64,000 bases of DNA from an uncultured Muribaculaceae bacterium (GCA_964396655.1 CAYNFP010000001.1:70773-134772); one strand, 5' to 3'. Counted from the stretch's first letter, positions 39,488-48,482 are shown. The notes: generated by a model not told the origin, from the letters alone. Translations and numbers: made by a program.

Positions 39488-41941
39488 ATGATTATATTAG
39501 AAAATATTAATAAATATTTTAATAAACATAAGAAAAACCAGATTCATGTTATAAATAATACAAATCTTAAATTAGGTGATACTGGTTTGGTAGCATTACT
39601 TGGACCTTCTGGTAGTGGTAAAACCACCCTTTTAAATGTAATTGGTGGATTAGATAAAGTTGGTAAAGGTAAAATATATGTAAATAATCAAAGAATTACT
39701 AAAAAAACATCATCTAAAATAGATGATATTAGAAATTTAAATATGGGGTATATATTTCAAGATTATCATTTACTTGATAATATGAGCGTTTATGATAATG
39801 TAGCTTTAGTATTAAAAATGACTAATATCAAAAATAAAGATGAAATCAAAAAAAGAGTTGATTATGTACTAGAACGTGTAGGAATGTATAGATATAGAAA
39901 CAGAATGGCAGGTATGCTTTCTGGAGGAGAACGTCAAAGAGTTGGTATAGCAAGAGCTATAGTAAAAAATCCTTCTATAATAATCGCGGATGAACCAACA
40001 GGAAATCTTGATAGTAAAAACACTCTTGAAATAATGAATATAATTAAGTCTATATCTAATGATAAACTTGTTATTTTAGTAACTCATGAAAAAGACTTGG
40101 CTTACTTTTATGCCTCAAGAATTATTAATCTTAAAGATGGCGTAATTGTAAGTGATGAAGAAAATGATAGTGAAGGTGAATTAGATTATAGAATTGATAA
40201 TAAAATATATTTAAAAGATATTAAAAAACATACAGAGTTAAAAAAAGATAATATAGCTATAAATATATATAACGAAACTAAAGATAATGTGTCACTAGAT
40301 ATTGTTATAAAAAATGGAAATATATATTTAAAGACAGGAAATAAAGAAAAACTTGAGTTGGTTGATGAATCATCAAATATTGAATTTATCGATGATCATT
40401 ATAGAAAAATAAATAAAAGTGAATATGAGGATTATAATTTTGATTTTGATAAGATAATTAACAAAAATATAAAACAAAAATATACATCTATATATAATCC
40501 AATAACACTATTAATAAATGGATTTAAAAAAGTAATTAATTATCCATTCTTAAAAAAGATGTTATTATTAGGATTTTTAGTATCTGGAGCATTTATTTTA
40601 TATTCTATTAGTAACATATATGGAATATTAGATATTCAAGATGAAAAATTCGTAACTCAAAATAAAAATTATTTAAATTTAATATTAAATAAAATCAATG
40701 TTAATGATTATTTAAGTTATGAAAAGACAGAAAATGTTAATTATATTATTCCAGGAGATTCTTCAATTACTTTTAATATTAAGTATGAAGATTATTATCA
40801 GACAAGTAAAATAACAGATTCTATGACAGGTTCTTTAGCTAGTTTATCAATGATAACTAAAAAGAATTTAATATATGGAAGAATGCCTGAAAATGATTAT
40901 GAAATAGTTGTAGATAAAATGACTATTGAAAAATTATATGGAAATTATTTGGCTCAGCAAGCAGGATTAGTAAAAATAAAAGATATTCTTAATAGAAAAA
41001 TTTCTATTCAAAATATGGATGATTTTACTATAGTTGGAATATCTGACTTAAAAAGTCCAAGTATATATACTAATGAATCAGTTTTTATAAATATTTTATC
41101 TAATGGTGCTCAGTCTAATGTTGTTTATAGATATGAAGAAAAAATATCAATAGATGATGGTGGATATGGAAGTGAAGAAAAAGTAATTGATTATAATTTA
41201 TATAAAGATGAATTAAAATTAGTTAAAGGAAGATATCCTACAAATGATTATGAAGTATTAATAAATGAATCAAATAGTTATACTTATAAAATTGGCAAAT
41301 ATTTAGATATGAAGGTTAATGATAAAAAGTTAAAAGTTGTTGGATATTACCACGATAAACAAAACAGAACTCTATATTTAACAAACTTGAATACAGTAAA
41401 ATATGATTTAATAACTGATAGTGCTAATATTTCTCTATACTCAAAAGATAAAGCATCTTCCATAGATTATTTTAGAAGTCTTGGTGTTAATATAGAAGAT
41501 TCTTATGCTAAATCAAAAGAAAAATATATTAACAGTATAAAAGATTCAATAGTAATAACTTTAGTAATTGCAGGTGTAATATTATTAATTTCTCTTGTAG
41601 AGATATTCTTAATGGTTAGATCATCATTCTTATCAAGAGTAAAAGAAATTGGTATATTAAGAGCTATAGGACTTAAGAAAAAAGATATTTATAAAATGTT
41701 TTTAGGAGAAGTAATAGCTATAACTACTTTAGCAAGTGTACCTGGATACTTATTAATGATATATATATTAAATACATTAGTAACTTTACCCTTAATGAAA
41801 GATCAGTTCACATTAAATAGTAATGTACTTATAATAAGCATAATATTAATTTACTTATTTAATATATTGGTTGGATTACTTCCAGTATTTAATACTCTTA
41901 AGAAAACACCAGCCGCAATATTAAGCAGAACTGATATATAA
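39488..41941 (+). CDS. ABC transporter fused ATPase/permease (MacB/FtsX-like)
   Basis: GPSGSGKT, LSGGE, ADEPTGNLD, RVKEIGILRAIG. Confidence 0.93.
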   Translation: MIILENINKYFNKHKKNQIHVINNTNLKLGDTGLVALLGPSGSGKTTLLNVIGGLDKVGKGKIYVNNQRITKKTSSKIDDIRNLNMGYIFQDYHLLDNMSVYDNVALVLKMTNIKNKDEIKKRVDYVLERVGMYRYRNRMAGMLSGGERQRVGIARAIVKNPSIIIADEPTGNLDSKNTLEIMNIIKSISNDKLVILVTHEKDLAYFYASRIINLKDGVIVSDEENDSEGELDYRIDNKIYLKDIKKHTELKKDNIAINIYNETKDNVSLDIVIKNGNIYLKTGNKEKLELVDESSNIEFIDDHYRKINKSEYEDYNFDFDKIINKNIKQKYTSIYNPITLLINGFKKVINYPFLKKMLLLGFLVSGAFILYSISNIYGILDIQDEKFVTQNKNYLNLILNKINVNDYLSYEKTENVNYIIPGDSSITFNIKYEDYYQTSKITDSMTGSLASLSMITKKNLIYGRMPENDYEIVVDKMTIEKLYGNYLAQQAGLVKIKDILNRKISIQNMDDFTIVGISDLKSPSIYTNESVFINILSNGAQSNVVYRYEEKISIDDGGYGSEEKVIDYNLYKDELKLVKGRYPTNDYEVLINESNSYTYKIGKYLDMKVNDKKLKVVGYYHDKQNRTLYLTNLNTVKYDLITDSANISLYSKDKASSIDYFRSLGVNIEDSYAKSKEKYINSIKDSIVITLVIAGVILLISLVEIFLMVRSSFLSRVKEIGILRAIGLKKKDIYKMFLGEVIAITTLASVPGYLLMIYILNTLVTLPLMKDQFTLNSNVLIISIILIYLFNILVGLLPVFNTLKKTPAAILSRTDI

Positions 41942-42064
41942 GAAGCATTTGCTTCTTTTTTTCTTTATTATGAAACAAATTTTATTGAAAAAGACAGTAA
42001 AAAATTTATAAATAATTATTTTTAATTAAAATATATTATAAAAAAATTGTTTAAAGTTTTTATT

Positions 42065-42118
42065 TTTTATACCAATTTGCCCCACTTCATTGACAGATGA
42101 GGCAAATTAGTATAAAAT
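42065..42118 (+). promoter_or_regulatory. abiE promoter with overlapping inverted-repeat operator
   Basis: 20-bp arms 42065-42084 and 42098-42117 (2 mismatches); TTGACA 42090-42095, 17 bp, TAAAAT 42113-42118. Confidence 0.85.
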
Positions 42119-42138
42119 TATTTTGAGGTGAAGTTATT

Positions 42139-42681
42139 ATGTTATATTCTTATAAAGAGGCAGTAAAAAAATTGGGTTCAAAATATAAATTAAAGAAAGC
42201 ATTAAAAACAATAGCAATTTTTAAAATAGAGAAGGGACTATATAGTAATAAAAAAAATGTCAATCAATTTGAAATCATTAATAAAAAATTTCCTAATGCA
42301 ATTTTTACTTTAAATAGCGCATTTTTTTATTATGATTTAACCGATGTAATACCAGAAAAAACTTATCTTGCTATTAAAAGAGATTCTACAAAAATTAATA
42401 GCAAAAATATAATTCAAGTAAAAGTTATTGATTCATTATTTGATGTTGGAAAAAGCAACTTAACAATTGGTAATACTACCATTAAAATATATGATAAAGA
42501 AAGAATGTTAATTGAATTAATAAGAAATAGAAATTCTTTTGGTTTTGATTATTATAAAGAAATAATAAATAATTATAGGGAAATAAAGAATGAACTGGAT
42601 GTTTCTAAAATCTCTAATTATTTAAGTAAATTTCAAAATGAAGAACATTTGTATAACGTTATCATGAAAGAGATATATTGA
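42139..42681 (+). CDS. abiEi: type IV TA antitoxin, AbiEi-like
   Basis: KIEKGLY, SAFFYYDLTDVIP, IYDKERMLIELIR; overlaps the toxin gene. Confidence 0.82.
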   Translation: MLYSYKEAVKKLGSKYKLKKALKTIAIFKIEKGLYSNKKNVNQFEIINKKFPNAIFTLNSAFFYYDLTDVIPEKTYLAIKRDSTKINSKNIIQVKVIDSLFDVGKSNLTIGNTTIKIYDKERMLIELIRNRNSFGFDYYKEIINNYREIKNELDVSKISNYLSKFQNEEHLYNVIMKEIY

Positions 42682-43508
42682 TGAATATAAGTGAAACTCT
42701 TAATTTATATAAAGAAAAGGGATATAACGGGGATACTGCTATCTATAAAATGTGCCAAGATATAGTTTTGTCAAGAATTGCTTCTTCTTCGTTTAAAAAT
42801 AACGTAACTATAAAAGGCGGCATAGTTATGATGGAATTATCAAAAGACAATAGACGAGCTACAGTAGATATTGATGTTGATTTTATTAAATATTCTTTAG
42901 AAGATAAACTCATAGAAAAATTTATAGGTAAACTTTCAACTAATGAGTTAGTATTTAAAATAAGTGCACCAATAAAAAAGTTGCATCACCAAGATTATGA
43001 TGGCAAAAGAGTCTACATAGAAATAACTGATAAATATCAAAATAGCATTTCTACGAAAATCGATATAGGAGTACATAAAAATTTTGATATCAAACAAGAT
43101 GAATTATGCTTTGATTTAAATCTATTAAATGAAGGTATATCATTACTTGTAAACTCAAAGGAACAAATTTTTGTAGAAAAATTAAAATCTTTATTAAAAT
43201 TTGGAATTACTTCTACAAGATATAAGGATATTTTTGATTTGTATTTTTTAATTAATAAGAAAAATTTTGACAAAAATAGATGTTTATTATATATTGAGAA
43301 ATTAATATTAATGGATAATAAGTTAAATGAAAAAACTGTTTTCGAAGTTAATTCTTCAGTTAGTAGTATTTTACAAAATAAAGTATTTAAATCAAAACTA
43401 AGAAACTCAAAACATAACTGGTTAAATGTATCAATTGATGATGCAGTTGCTTCAATTCTAAAATATATAGAGTCACTTGAATTGGTTGGTGTAAAAAACG
43501 GAGTATAA
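42678..43508 (+). CDS. abiEii: nucleotidyltransferase toxin, AbiEii/AbiGii family
   Basis: IKGG, RATVDID, EKL, RYKDIFDLY. Confidence 0.88.
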   Translation: MMNISETLNLYKEKGYNGDTAIYKMCQDIVLSRIASSSFKNNVTIKGGIVMMELSKDNRRATVDIDVDFIKYSLEDKLIEKFIGKLSTNELVFKISAPIKKLHHQDYDGKRVYIEITDKYQNSISTKIDIGVHKNFDIKQDELCFDLNLLNEGISLLVNSKEQIFVEKLKSLLKFGITSTRYKDIFDLYFLINKKNFDKNRCLLYIEKLILMDNKLNEKTVFEVNSSVSSILQNKVFKSKLRNSKHNWLNVSIDDAVASILKYIESLELVGVKNGV

Positions 43509-43560
43509 TAATATATTTTCCAATATAAAAGACAATTTAAATTTAAAACAGATTAACGAG

Positions 43561-43780
43561 TTAATTGAGGATTTGGAAAAATATAAAAACAATATCATCA
43601 ATAATTCAAATAATATTGTTTTAAATGAAGTTTATTCAAAAGAAGAAAAATTAAAAATTTTTACACCATATTTTATGGGGAGAGATGATGTTTATATTTA
43701 ATAAAAAGTATTATATTCCTGCGTGCACAAATGAGTGTAAAAAAAATATTTGTAACAAAACAATGCCCAAATCATGCAAG
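43561..43780 (+). pseudogene. remnant of a TOTE-type primase/helicase N-terminus
   Basis: EEKLKIF..YFMGRDDVY then stop; in another frame YIPACTNEC...IC.K. Confidence 0.55.
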
Positions 43781-43945
43781 GCTGAGAAAATAAGCCATTA
43801 ATTAATAAAGAATATATTGATGAAATATCAAATAGGCTTAATTTAATGTTATAGAAGATAATTTAAAATTATCTTTTTTAATTTTTTTATTCCTTTTCAT
43901 TTAAACATATTTTTGATACAATTATATTAGAATAGGAGAGCTTAA

Positions 43946-46282
43946 ATGAATACTTTTAAAAAGAAAAAAATTACAAGCAATGAAATTGAATTACTAGATA
44001 TGTATTTTAGGGCTGCTAATTATTTAGCTGCTGGACAATTATATTTACTTGATAATCCCTTGCTTAAAAAGAAGCTAACAATTAAAGATTTGAAATCAAA
44101 GGTTGTGGGACACTGGGGAACTGTTCCTGGACAAAATTTTATATATACACATTTGAATAGAATTGTAAAAAATTATGATTTAAATATTTTATATGTTTCA
44201 GGACCAGGACATGGTGGGAATGGAATGGTTGCTAATGATTATTTGGATGGAAGTTATACTGAAATATATCCAAAAATAACTGAAGATGAAGCTGGAATGA
44301 AAAAGTTATTTAAACAATTTAGTTTTCCAGGAGGAATTTCTAGTCATGTTGCACCAGAAACACCAGGTTCTATAAATGAAGGAGGAGAACTTGGTTATTC
44401 TCTTGCTCATTCTTTTGGAGCAGTATTAGATAATCCTGATTTGATTATTGCTTGTGTTGTAGGTGATGGAGAAGCAGAGACTGGTCCACTTGCAACATCA
44501 TGGAATGGAAATAAATTTTTAAATCCTAAAACTGATGGAGTAGTTGTTCCAATTCTTCATTTAAATGGCTATAAAATAGCAAATCCAACAGTTATGGGAA
44601 GAATGTCTGATCAAGATTTAAAATCATTTTTTAAGGGTTTAAAATATGAACCAATTTTTGTAGAAGGCACCGATAGAAAATCTATGCATAAAAAAATGGC
44701 TAATGCTATGGATGAAGTTATTAAAAAAATAAATGTTATTAAAACTAAAGGTGAAGTTGAATATTGGCCAATGATAATATTAAGAAGTCCTAAAGGATGG
44801 ACAGGGCCAAAAGAATATGATGGAAAACCAATGGAAAATAGCTTTAGAGCACACCAAGTTCCGATTCCTGTAAGTGAAGATAATGTTACATTAATAGAAA
44901 AATGGTTAAAAAGTTATCATCCAGAAGAATTATTTGATAATAATGGTTCTTTAATTAAAGAAATAAAAGAAATTTTACCAAAAGGAAATAAAAGAATTGG
45001 AATGAATCCTCATTCTAATGGTGGCAATTTATTAAAAGAAATAATTACTCCTGATATCAATAAATATGAATTTAAAATTGAAAAAAGAGGAATGCAGTAT
45101 ACAAGTGATATGTATAATTTAGGCTTTTATATTAAAGACTTAATTTCTTTAAATGAATCAAATAAAAATTATATGATTTTTGGACCTGATGAAGCTTTAT
45201 CAAATAAATTAAATCAAGTATTTGAAGTTACTAAAAGAAAATGGAATATGAATACTTTTGCTAATGATGAATATATGTCAACAAAGGGAAGAATTGTTGA
45301 TAGTATGCTCTCTGAACATTTATGTGAAGGAATGTTAGAAGGATATTTATTAACTGGAAGACATGGGTTCTTTCATAGTTATGAAGCATTTATTAGAATA
45401 GTGGATTCAATGACTTCTCAACATGCAAAATGGTTAAAAGTTACTAAAGAACTTCCTTGGAGGAAACCAATTTCTTCACTCAATTATATATTAACTTCTC
45501 ATGTTTGGCAGCAAGATCATAATGGTTTTACTCATCAAGATCCAGGATTTTTAAATCATATATTAACCAAAAAAGCTGATACTGTAAGAATGTATTTACC
45601 ATTTGATACAAATACATTAATATCATCATTTGATCATATTGTAAAAACGAAAAATTATATAAATGTAATAGTAGCTTCTAAACATGAAAGACCACAATGG
45701 TTATCAATGAAAGAAGCTATTGAACATTGCACAAAGGGTATTGATATATTGTCTTGGGCAAGTAATGATAAAGGGAAACCAGATATAATACTTGCTTGTG
45801 CTGGAGATACTCCAACTCTTGAAGTATTAGCGGCAACAACAATTCTTAGAAAAAATCTACCTAATTTAAAAATTAGAGTTATAAATGTAGTTGACTTGTT
45901 TAAATTAGAGTCAAGTAAAGATCATCCTCATGGATTAACAGAAACAGAATATAACAAATTATTTCCAAGTGATGTGCCTGTAATATTTAATTTTCATGGA
46001 TATCCAAGTTTAATACATCAACTTACTTACAAAAGAGATAATCATGATAATATTCATGTAAAAGGTTATAATGAAGAAGGTACAATAACAACACCTTTTG
46101 ATATGAGAGTACAAAATAAAATCGATAGATTTAATGTTGTTATTTCTGCTTTAAAATATGTAGAAATAGAAGACAAAGATAAATTAATCGAATGGTGTAA
46201 AGATAAGTTAAATGAACATCAACTTTACACTAGAGAGTATGGTTCTGATATTCCAGAAGTAGTTAATTGGAAATGGGAATAA
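43946..46282 (+). CDS. xfp: phosphoketolase
   Basis: GHWGT, GPGHG, EGGELGY, GDGEAETG, LHLNGYKI, QDHNGFTHQDPG. Confidence 0.97.
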   Translation: MNTFKKKKITSNEIELLDMYFRAANYLAAGQLYLLDNPLLKKKLTIKDLKSKVVGHWGTVPGQNFIYTHLNRIVKNYDLNILYVSGPGHGGNGMVANDYLDGSYTEIYPKITEDEAGMKKLFKQFSFPGGISSHVAPETPGSINEGGELGYSLAHSFGAVLDNPDLIIACVVGDGEAETGPLATSWNGNKFLNPKTDGVVVPILHLNGYKIANPTVMGRMSDQDLKSFFKGLKYEPIFVEGTDRKSMHKKMANAMDEVIKKINVIKTKGEVEYWPMIILRSPKGWTGPKEYDGKPMENSFRAHQVPIPVSEDNVTLIEKWLKSYHPEELFDNNGSLIKEIKEILPKGNKRIGMNPHSNGGNLLKEIITPDINKYEFKIEKRGMQYTSDMYNLGFYIKDLISLNESNKNYMIFGPDEALSNKLNQVFEVTKRKWNMNTFANDEYMSTKGRIVDSMLSEHLCEGMLEGYLLTGRHGFFHSYEAFIRIVDSMTSQHAKWLKVTKELPWRKPISSLNYILTSHVWQQDHNGFTHQDPGFLNHILTKKADTVRMYLPFDTNTLISSFDHIVKTKNYINVIVASKHERPQWLSMKEAIEHCTKGIDILSWASNDKGKPDIILACAGDTPTLEVLAATTILRKNLPNLKIRVINVVDLFKLESSKDHPHGLTETEYNKLFPSDVPVIFNFHGYPSLIHQLTYKRDNHDNIHVKGYNEEGTITTPFDMRVQNKIDRFNVVISALKYVEIEDKDKLIEWCKDKLNEHQLYTREYGSDIPEVVNWKWE

Positions 46283-46306
46283 AGATTGTTTTTACAATCT
46301 TTTTTT
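46281..46306 (+). terminator. intrinsic terminator
   Basis: AAAGATTGT...ACAATCTTT plus T run. Confidence 0.7.
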
Positions 46307-46333
46307 GACAATAAATAAACAAAGTGTAATAAT
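46305..46333 (+). promoter_or_regulatory. putative sigma-A promoter of the small-ORF array
   Basis: TTGACA (46305-46310), 17 bp, TG-n-AATAAT. Confidence 0.6.
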
Positions 46334-46375
46334 AGTATTAAAGAGAGAAATATTATAATTTAAGGAGTTAATATT

Positions 46376-46639
46376 ATGAATAAAGAAGTTTTTGAAGCAA
46401 ATATGGAAAGTGAAAGTGGCTACAGATATACTTCTGGTACATGTACATATGATGAACTAAACCCAAGAGACACTGGAGTTAAAGTTATTATTTCTTCTCG
46501 AAAATATCAACAGCCATTAAGACCAAAAGACCAAGCAGAACTGAAACCTGAAGTTGCTGAAGAAATCTCAAAACCAATTGATAATTCTAGAGAATTAAAA
46601 AGGACTAGAAGTTTCAGATTTTTTAAAAAAGGCAAATAA
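46376..46639 (+). CDS. small orphan protein, array member 1
   Basis: AAGGAG RBS; MNKEVFEANME...ISKPIDNSRELKR. Confidence 0.75.
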   Translation: MNKEVFEANMESESGYRYTSGTCTYDELNPRDTGVKVIISSRKYQQPLRPKDQAELKPEVAEEISKPIDNSRELKRTRSFRFFKKGK

Positions 46640-46686
46640 AAAATATTTATTAAAAAACTTAAAGGGGGCCTTAAGGAGGAATTATT

Positions 46687-46950
46687 ATGGATTTAGCAAT
46701 AGCAAGAGCAAATCATGAAGGTTTAACTGGAAGAGAAAATTGGCGTGGCTTTGATGTTCCGGACTTACCAACAGAAGCGAATGAAACACATTCCGGATGC
46801 TTTGGAGCAGCTTCAAATGAGCCTGAGGTTTATAGTGGTTGTTTTGGAGGACAAACTGAACAAGGATCAAAAGGATTCACACTTCAATTACTACCATCAT
46901 ATTCAAAAACTTTATTAAGAAATTTAGAGGAAGGCGGAAAATTAAGGTAA
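46687..46950 (+). CDS. small orphan protein, array member 2
   Basis: AAGGAGG RBS; MDLAIARANHE; two SGCFG repeats. Confidence 0.75.
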   Translation: MDLAIARANHEGLTGRENWRGFDVPDLPTEANETHSGCFGAASNEPEVYSGCFGGQTEQGSKGFTLQLLPSYSKTLLRNLEEGGKLR

Positions 46951-46954
46951 TATT

Positions 46955-47314
46955 ATGGATGAAGAAATAGCAAAAGCAAATCGTGAAAATAGTAGAATAA
47001 GTTATTTGCCAACCACACCGCCGCCACGCAACTTGCACGGTATTAAAGTGGTACATCTTGATCCAAGTCTTTATAGTACATTAGAAAGAAATATGGGATT
47101 GCCAGGGGAATTGAAATCAAGCCCACTTAATGTTAGAAGTGAAAATGATAGAATACAATATATAAATTCACATATATCGGCAAGTAAATCACAAGGACTT
47201 GAAGCAGTGTCTGCTCCTGAAACTTTTTATCGTAAACTAGAAACTCTTATGTTTCCAGAAGATGGTGAAGAAATTTTTGCACCATCTGGCAATTCCAGAA
47301 AATTAGAAAGATAA
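46955..47314 (+). CDS. small orphan protein, array member 3
   Basis: MDEEIAKANREN...APSGNSRKLER. Confidence 0.75.
   Translation: MDEEIAKANRENSRISYLPTTPPPRNLHGIKVVHLDPSLYSTLERNMGLPGELKSSPLNVRSENDRIQYINSHISASKSQGLEAVSAPETFYRKLETLMFPEDGEEIFAPSGNSRKLER
47278..47310 (+). repeat. 33-bp exact direct repeat, copy 1
   Basis: TGCACCATCTGGCAATTCCAGAAAATTAGAAAG, identical at 47649-47681. Confidence 0.95.
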
Positions 47315-47373
47315 GAATATTATTTTGGGTATTTAAATTGACAATAGAAAAGAAATAAAATTAAGGAGAAGAT

Positions 47374-47688
47374 ATGAATAGAGAAGTATATGATGCAAAT
47401 CGTGAAAATGGTAGACTTAGATTTGGCTTTAGTACAAGAGATAGCGGACTAATAATACCACTTGATCCAGAACTACAAGAAGAAATACGAACAAGTCGTA
47501 AAAAAGATGGAGTAGTATTTCCCCCTATTGGTTTCGGACTTGCTAGAAGAATGATTCACCACACTCCAGAAGAATTTGAAAAGGTAGAAAAAACTATTAT
47601 GAGTGGTTTAGCAAGTGGTGCTGTTTTAGGAATTGAAGAAAAAATTTCTGCACCATCTGGCAATTCCAGAAAATTAGAAAGGAAATAA
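47374..47688 (+). CDS. small orphan protein, array member 4
   Basis: AAGGAG RBS; MNREVYDANREN...ISAPSGNSRKLERK. Confidence 0.78.
   Translation: MNREVYDANRENGRLRFGFSTRDSGLIIPLDPELQEEIRTSRKKDGVVFPPIGFGLARRMIHHTPEEFEKVEKTIMSGLASGAVLGIEEKISAPSGNSRKLERK
47649..47681 (+). repeat. 33-bp exact direct repeat, copy 2
   Basis: Identical to 47278-47310. Confidence 0.95.
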
Positions 47689-47691
47689 AAT

Positions 47692-47949
47692 ATGGACTAT
47701 ACAATATCACAAGCAAATAGAGAAAATAATAAATCGTTTTTTTCTTATGAGCCGGTTCCAATCCCACCGCGAAACAAATATGGCTGGGGGTCGGGATTTT
47801 TTGATCCTACTCCAATGCCAAAAGAAGAAGAGCAAAGTCATTTGAAAGTTGTTGAGGGTGCTGAAGAACTTCATGCATTACTCGATGATTCATTTTTTAA
47901 TCCCACATTTAACTTAACTTTAAGCAAATGTAAAAAAGGCGGTGTTTAA
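47692..47949 (+). CDS. small orphan protein, array member 5
   Basis: MDYTISQANREN; 3-bp gap to the upstream gene, AAAGGA RBS. Confidence 0.72.
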   Translation: MDYTISQANRENNKSFFSYEPVPIPPRNKYGWGSGFFDPTPMPKEEEQSHLKVVEGAEELHALLDDSFFNPTFNLTLSKCKKGGV

Positions 47950-47951
47950 AT

Positions 47952-48230
47952 ATGGCTTTTAAAGCTTTTGAAAATTCACTTTCAAAAACCATTTGGCAAA
48001 CTTATAATCATAATGAGCCTGATGAATTTGGTCATCTCCCTGGGGTTCACTATTATCCTCGTAGTAATTCTCATCCATTTGTTTCGTTTGATAGAAATCC
48101 CGAAAACTATATTACAATTTCACATATCCCAAATATGCCAAGTATTGTTAATCACCCTTTATATAAAAAGGCATTATTGATGCCAGAAAAAGATGAAGAA
48201 GCATTATGCAGAAAAAGAAAATTATATTAA
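47952..48230 (+). CDS. small orphan protein, array member 6
   Basis: 2-bp gap to the upstream gene; His/Pro-rich; ends EEALCRKRKLY. Confidence 0.62.
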   Translation: MAFKAFENSLSKTIWQTYNHNEPDEFGHLPGVHYYPRSNSHPFVSFDRNPENYITISHIPNMPSIVNHPLYKKALLMPEKDEEALCRKRKLY

Positions 48231-48292
48231 AATATAGAAAAAATGGAAATATAGTATCATCAATTGTTTTGAAGTTACAAAAAACATTATTA

Positions 48293-48320
48293 TTGACAAT
48301 TTAAGTGAAAGTTGTATAAT
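48293..48320 (+). promoter_or_regulatory. sigma-A promoter of the aspS leader
   Basis: TTGACA (48293-48298), 16 bp, TATAAT (48315-48320). Confidence 0.75.
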
Positions 48321-48327
48321 TTATTTA

Positions 48328-48476
48328 TAAATTGTTTCTTTGGAGTGACACAAAGATTTAAAAGACAATAGTTAGTCAGCTTTAATGATATTAAAGAGCA
48401 TAGAAATCTATGAAGTAAGGTGGTACCGCGGTAATTCGTCCTTATAAATTATAGATTTTTTTATTTTATAGGAGGG
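48328..48476 (+). ncRNA. T-box riboswitch (Asp), compact form
   Basis: T-box AAGGTGGTACCGCG (48417-48430) pairing with CGTCCTT (48437-48443); GAC codons at 48347 and 48364; upstream of aspS. Confidence 0.85.
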
Positions 48477-48482
48477 AAAAAA

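Noticed and set aside
37724-40015. Near-identical DNA around GCGGATGAACCAACAGGAAATCTTGATAGT in both ABC genes
   Set aside because: Encodes the conserved Walker B/D-loop of paralogous ATPases
46376-48230. Small-ORF array as a diversity-generating retroelement or prophage
   Set aside because: No reverse transcriptase or phage genes; the 33-bp repeat is exact rather than adenine-variable
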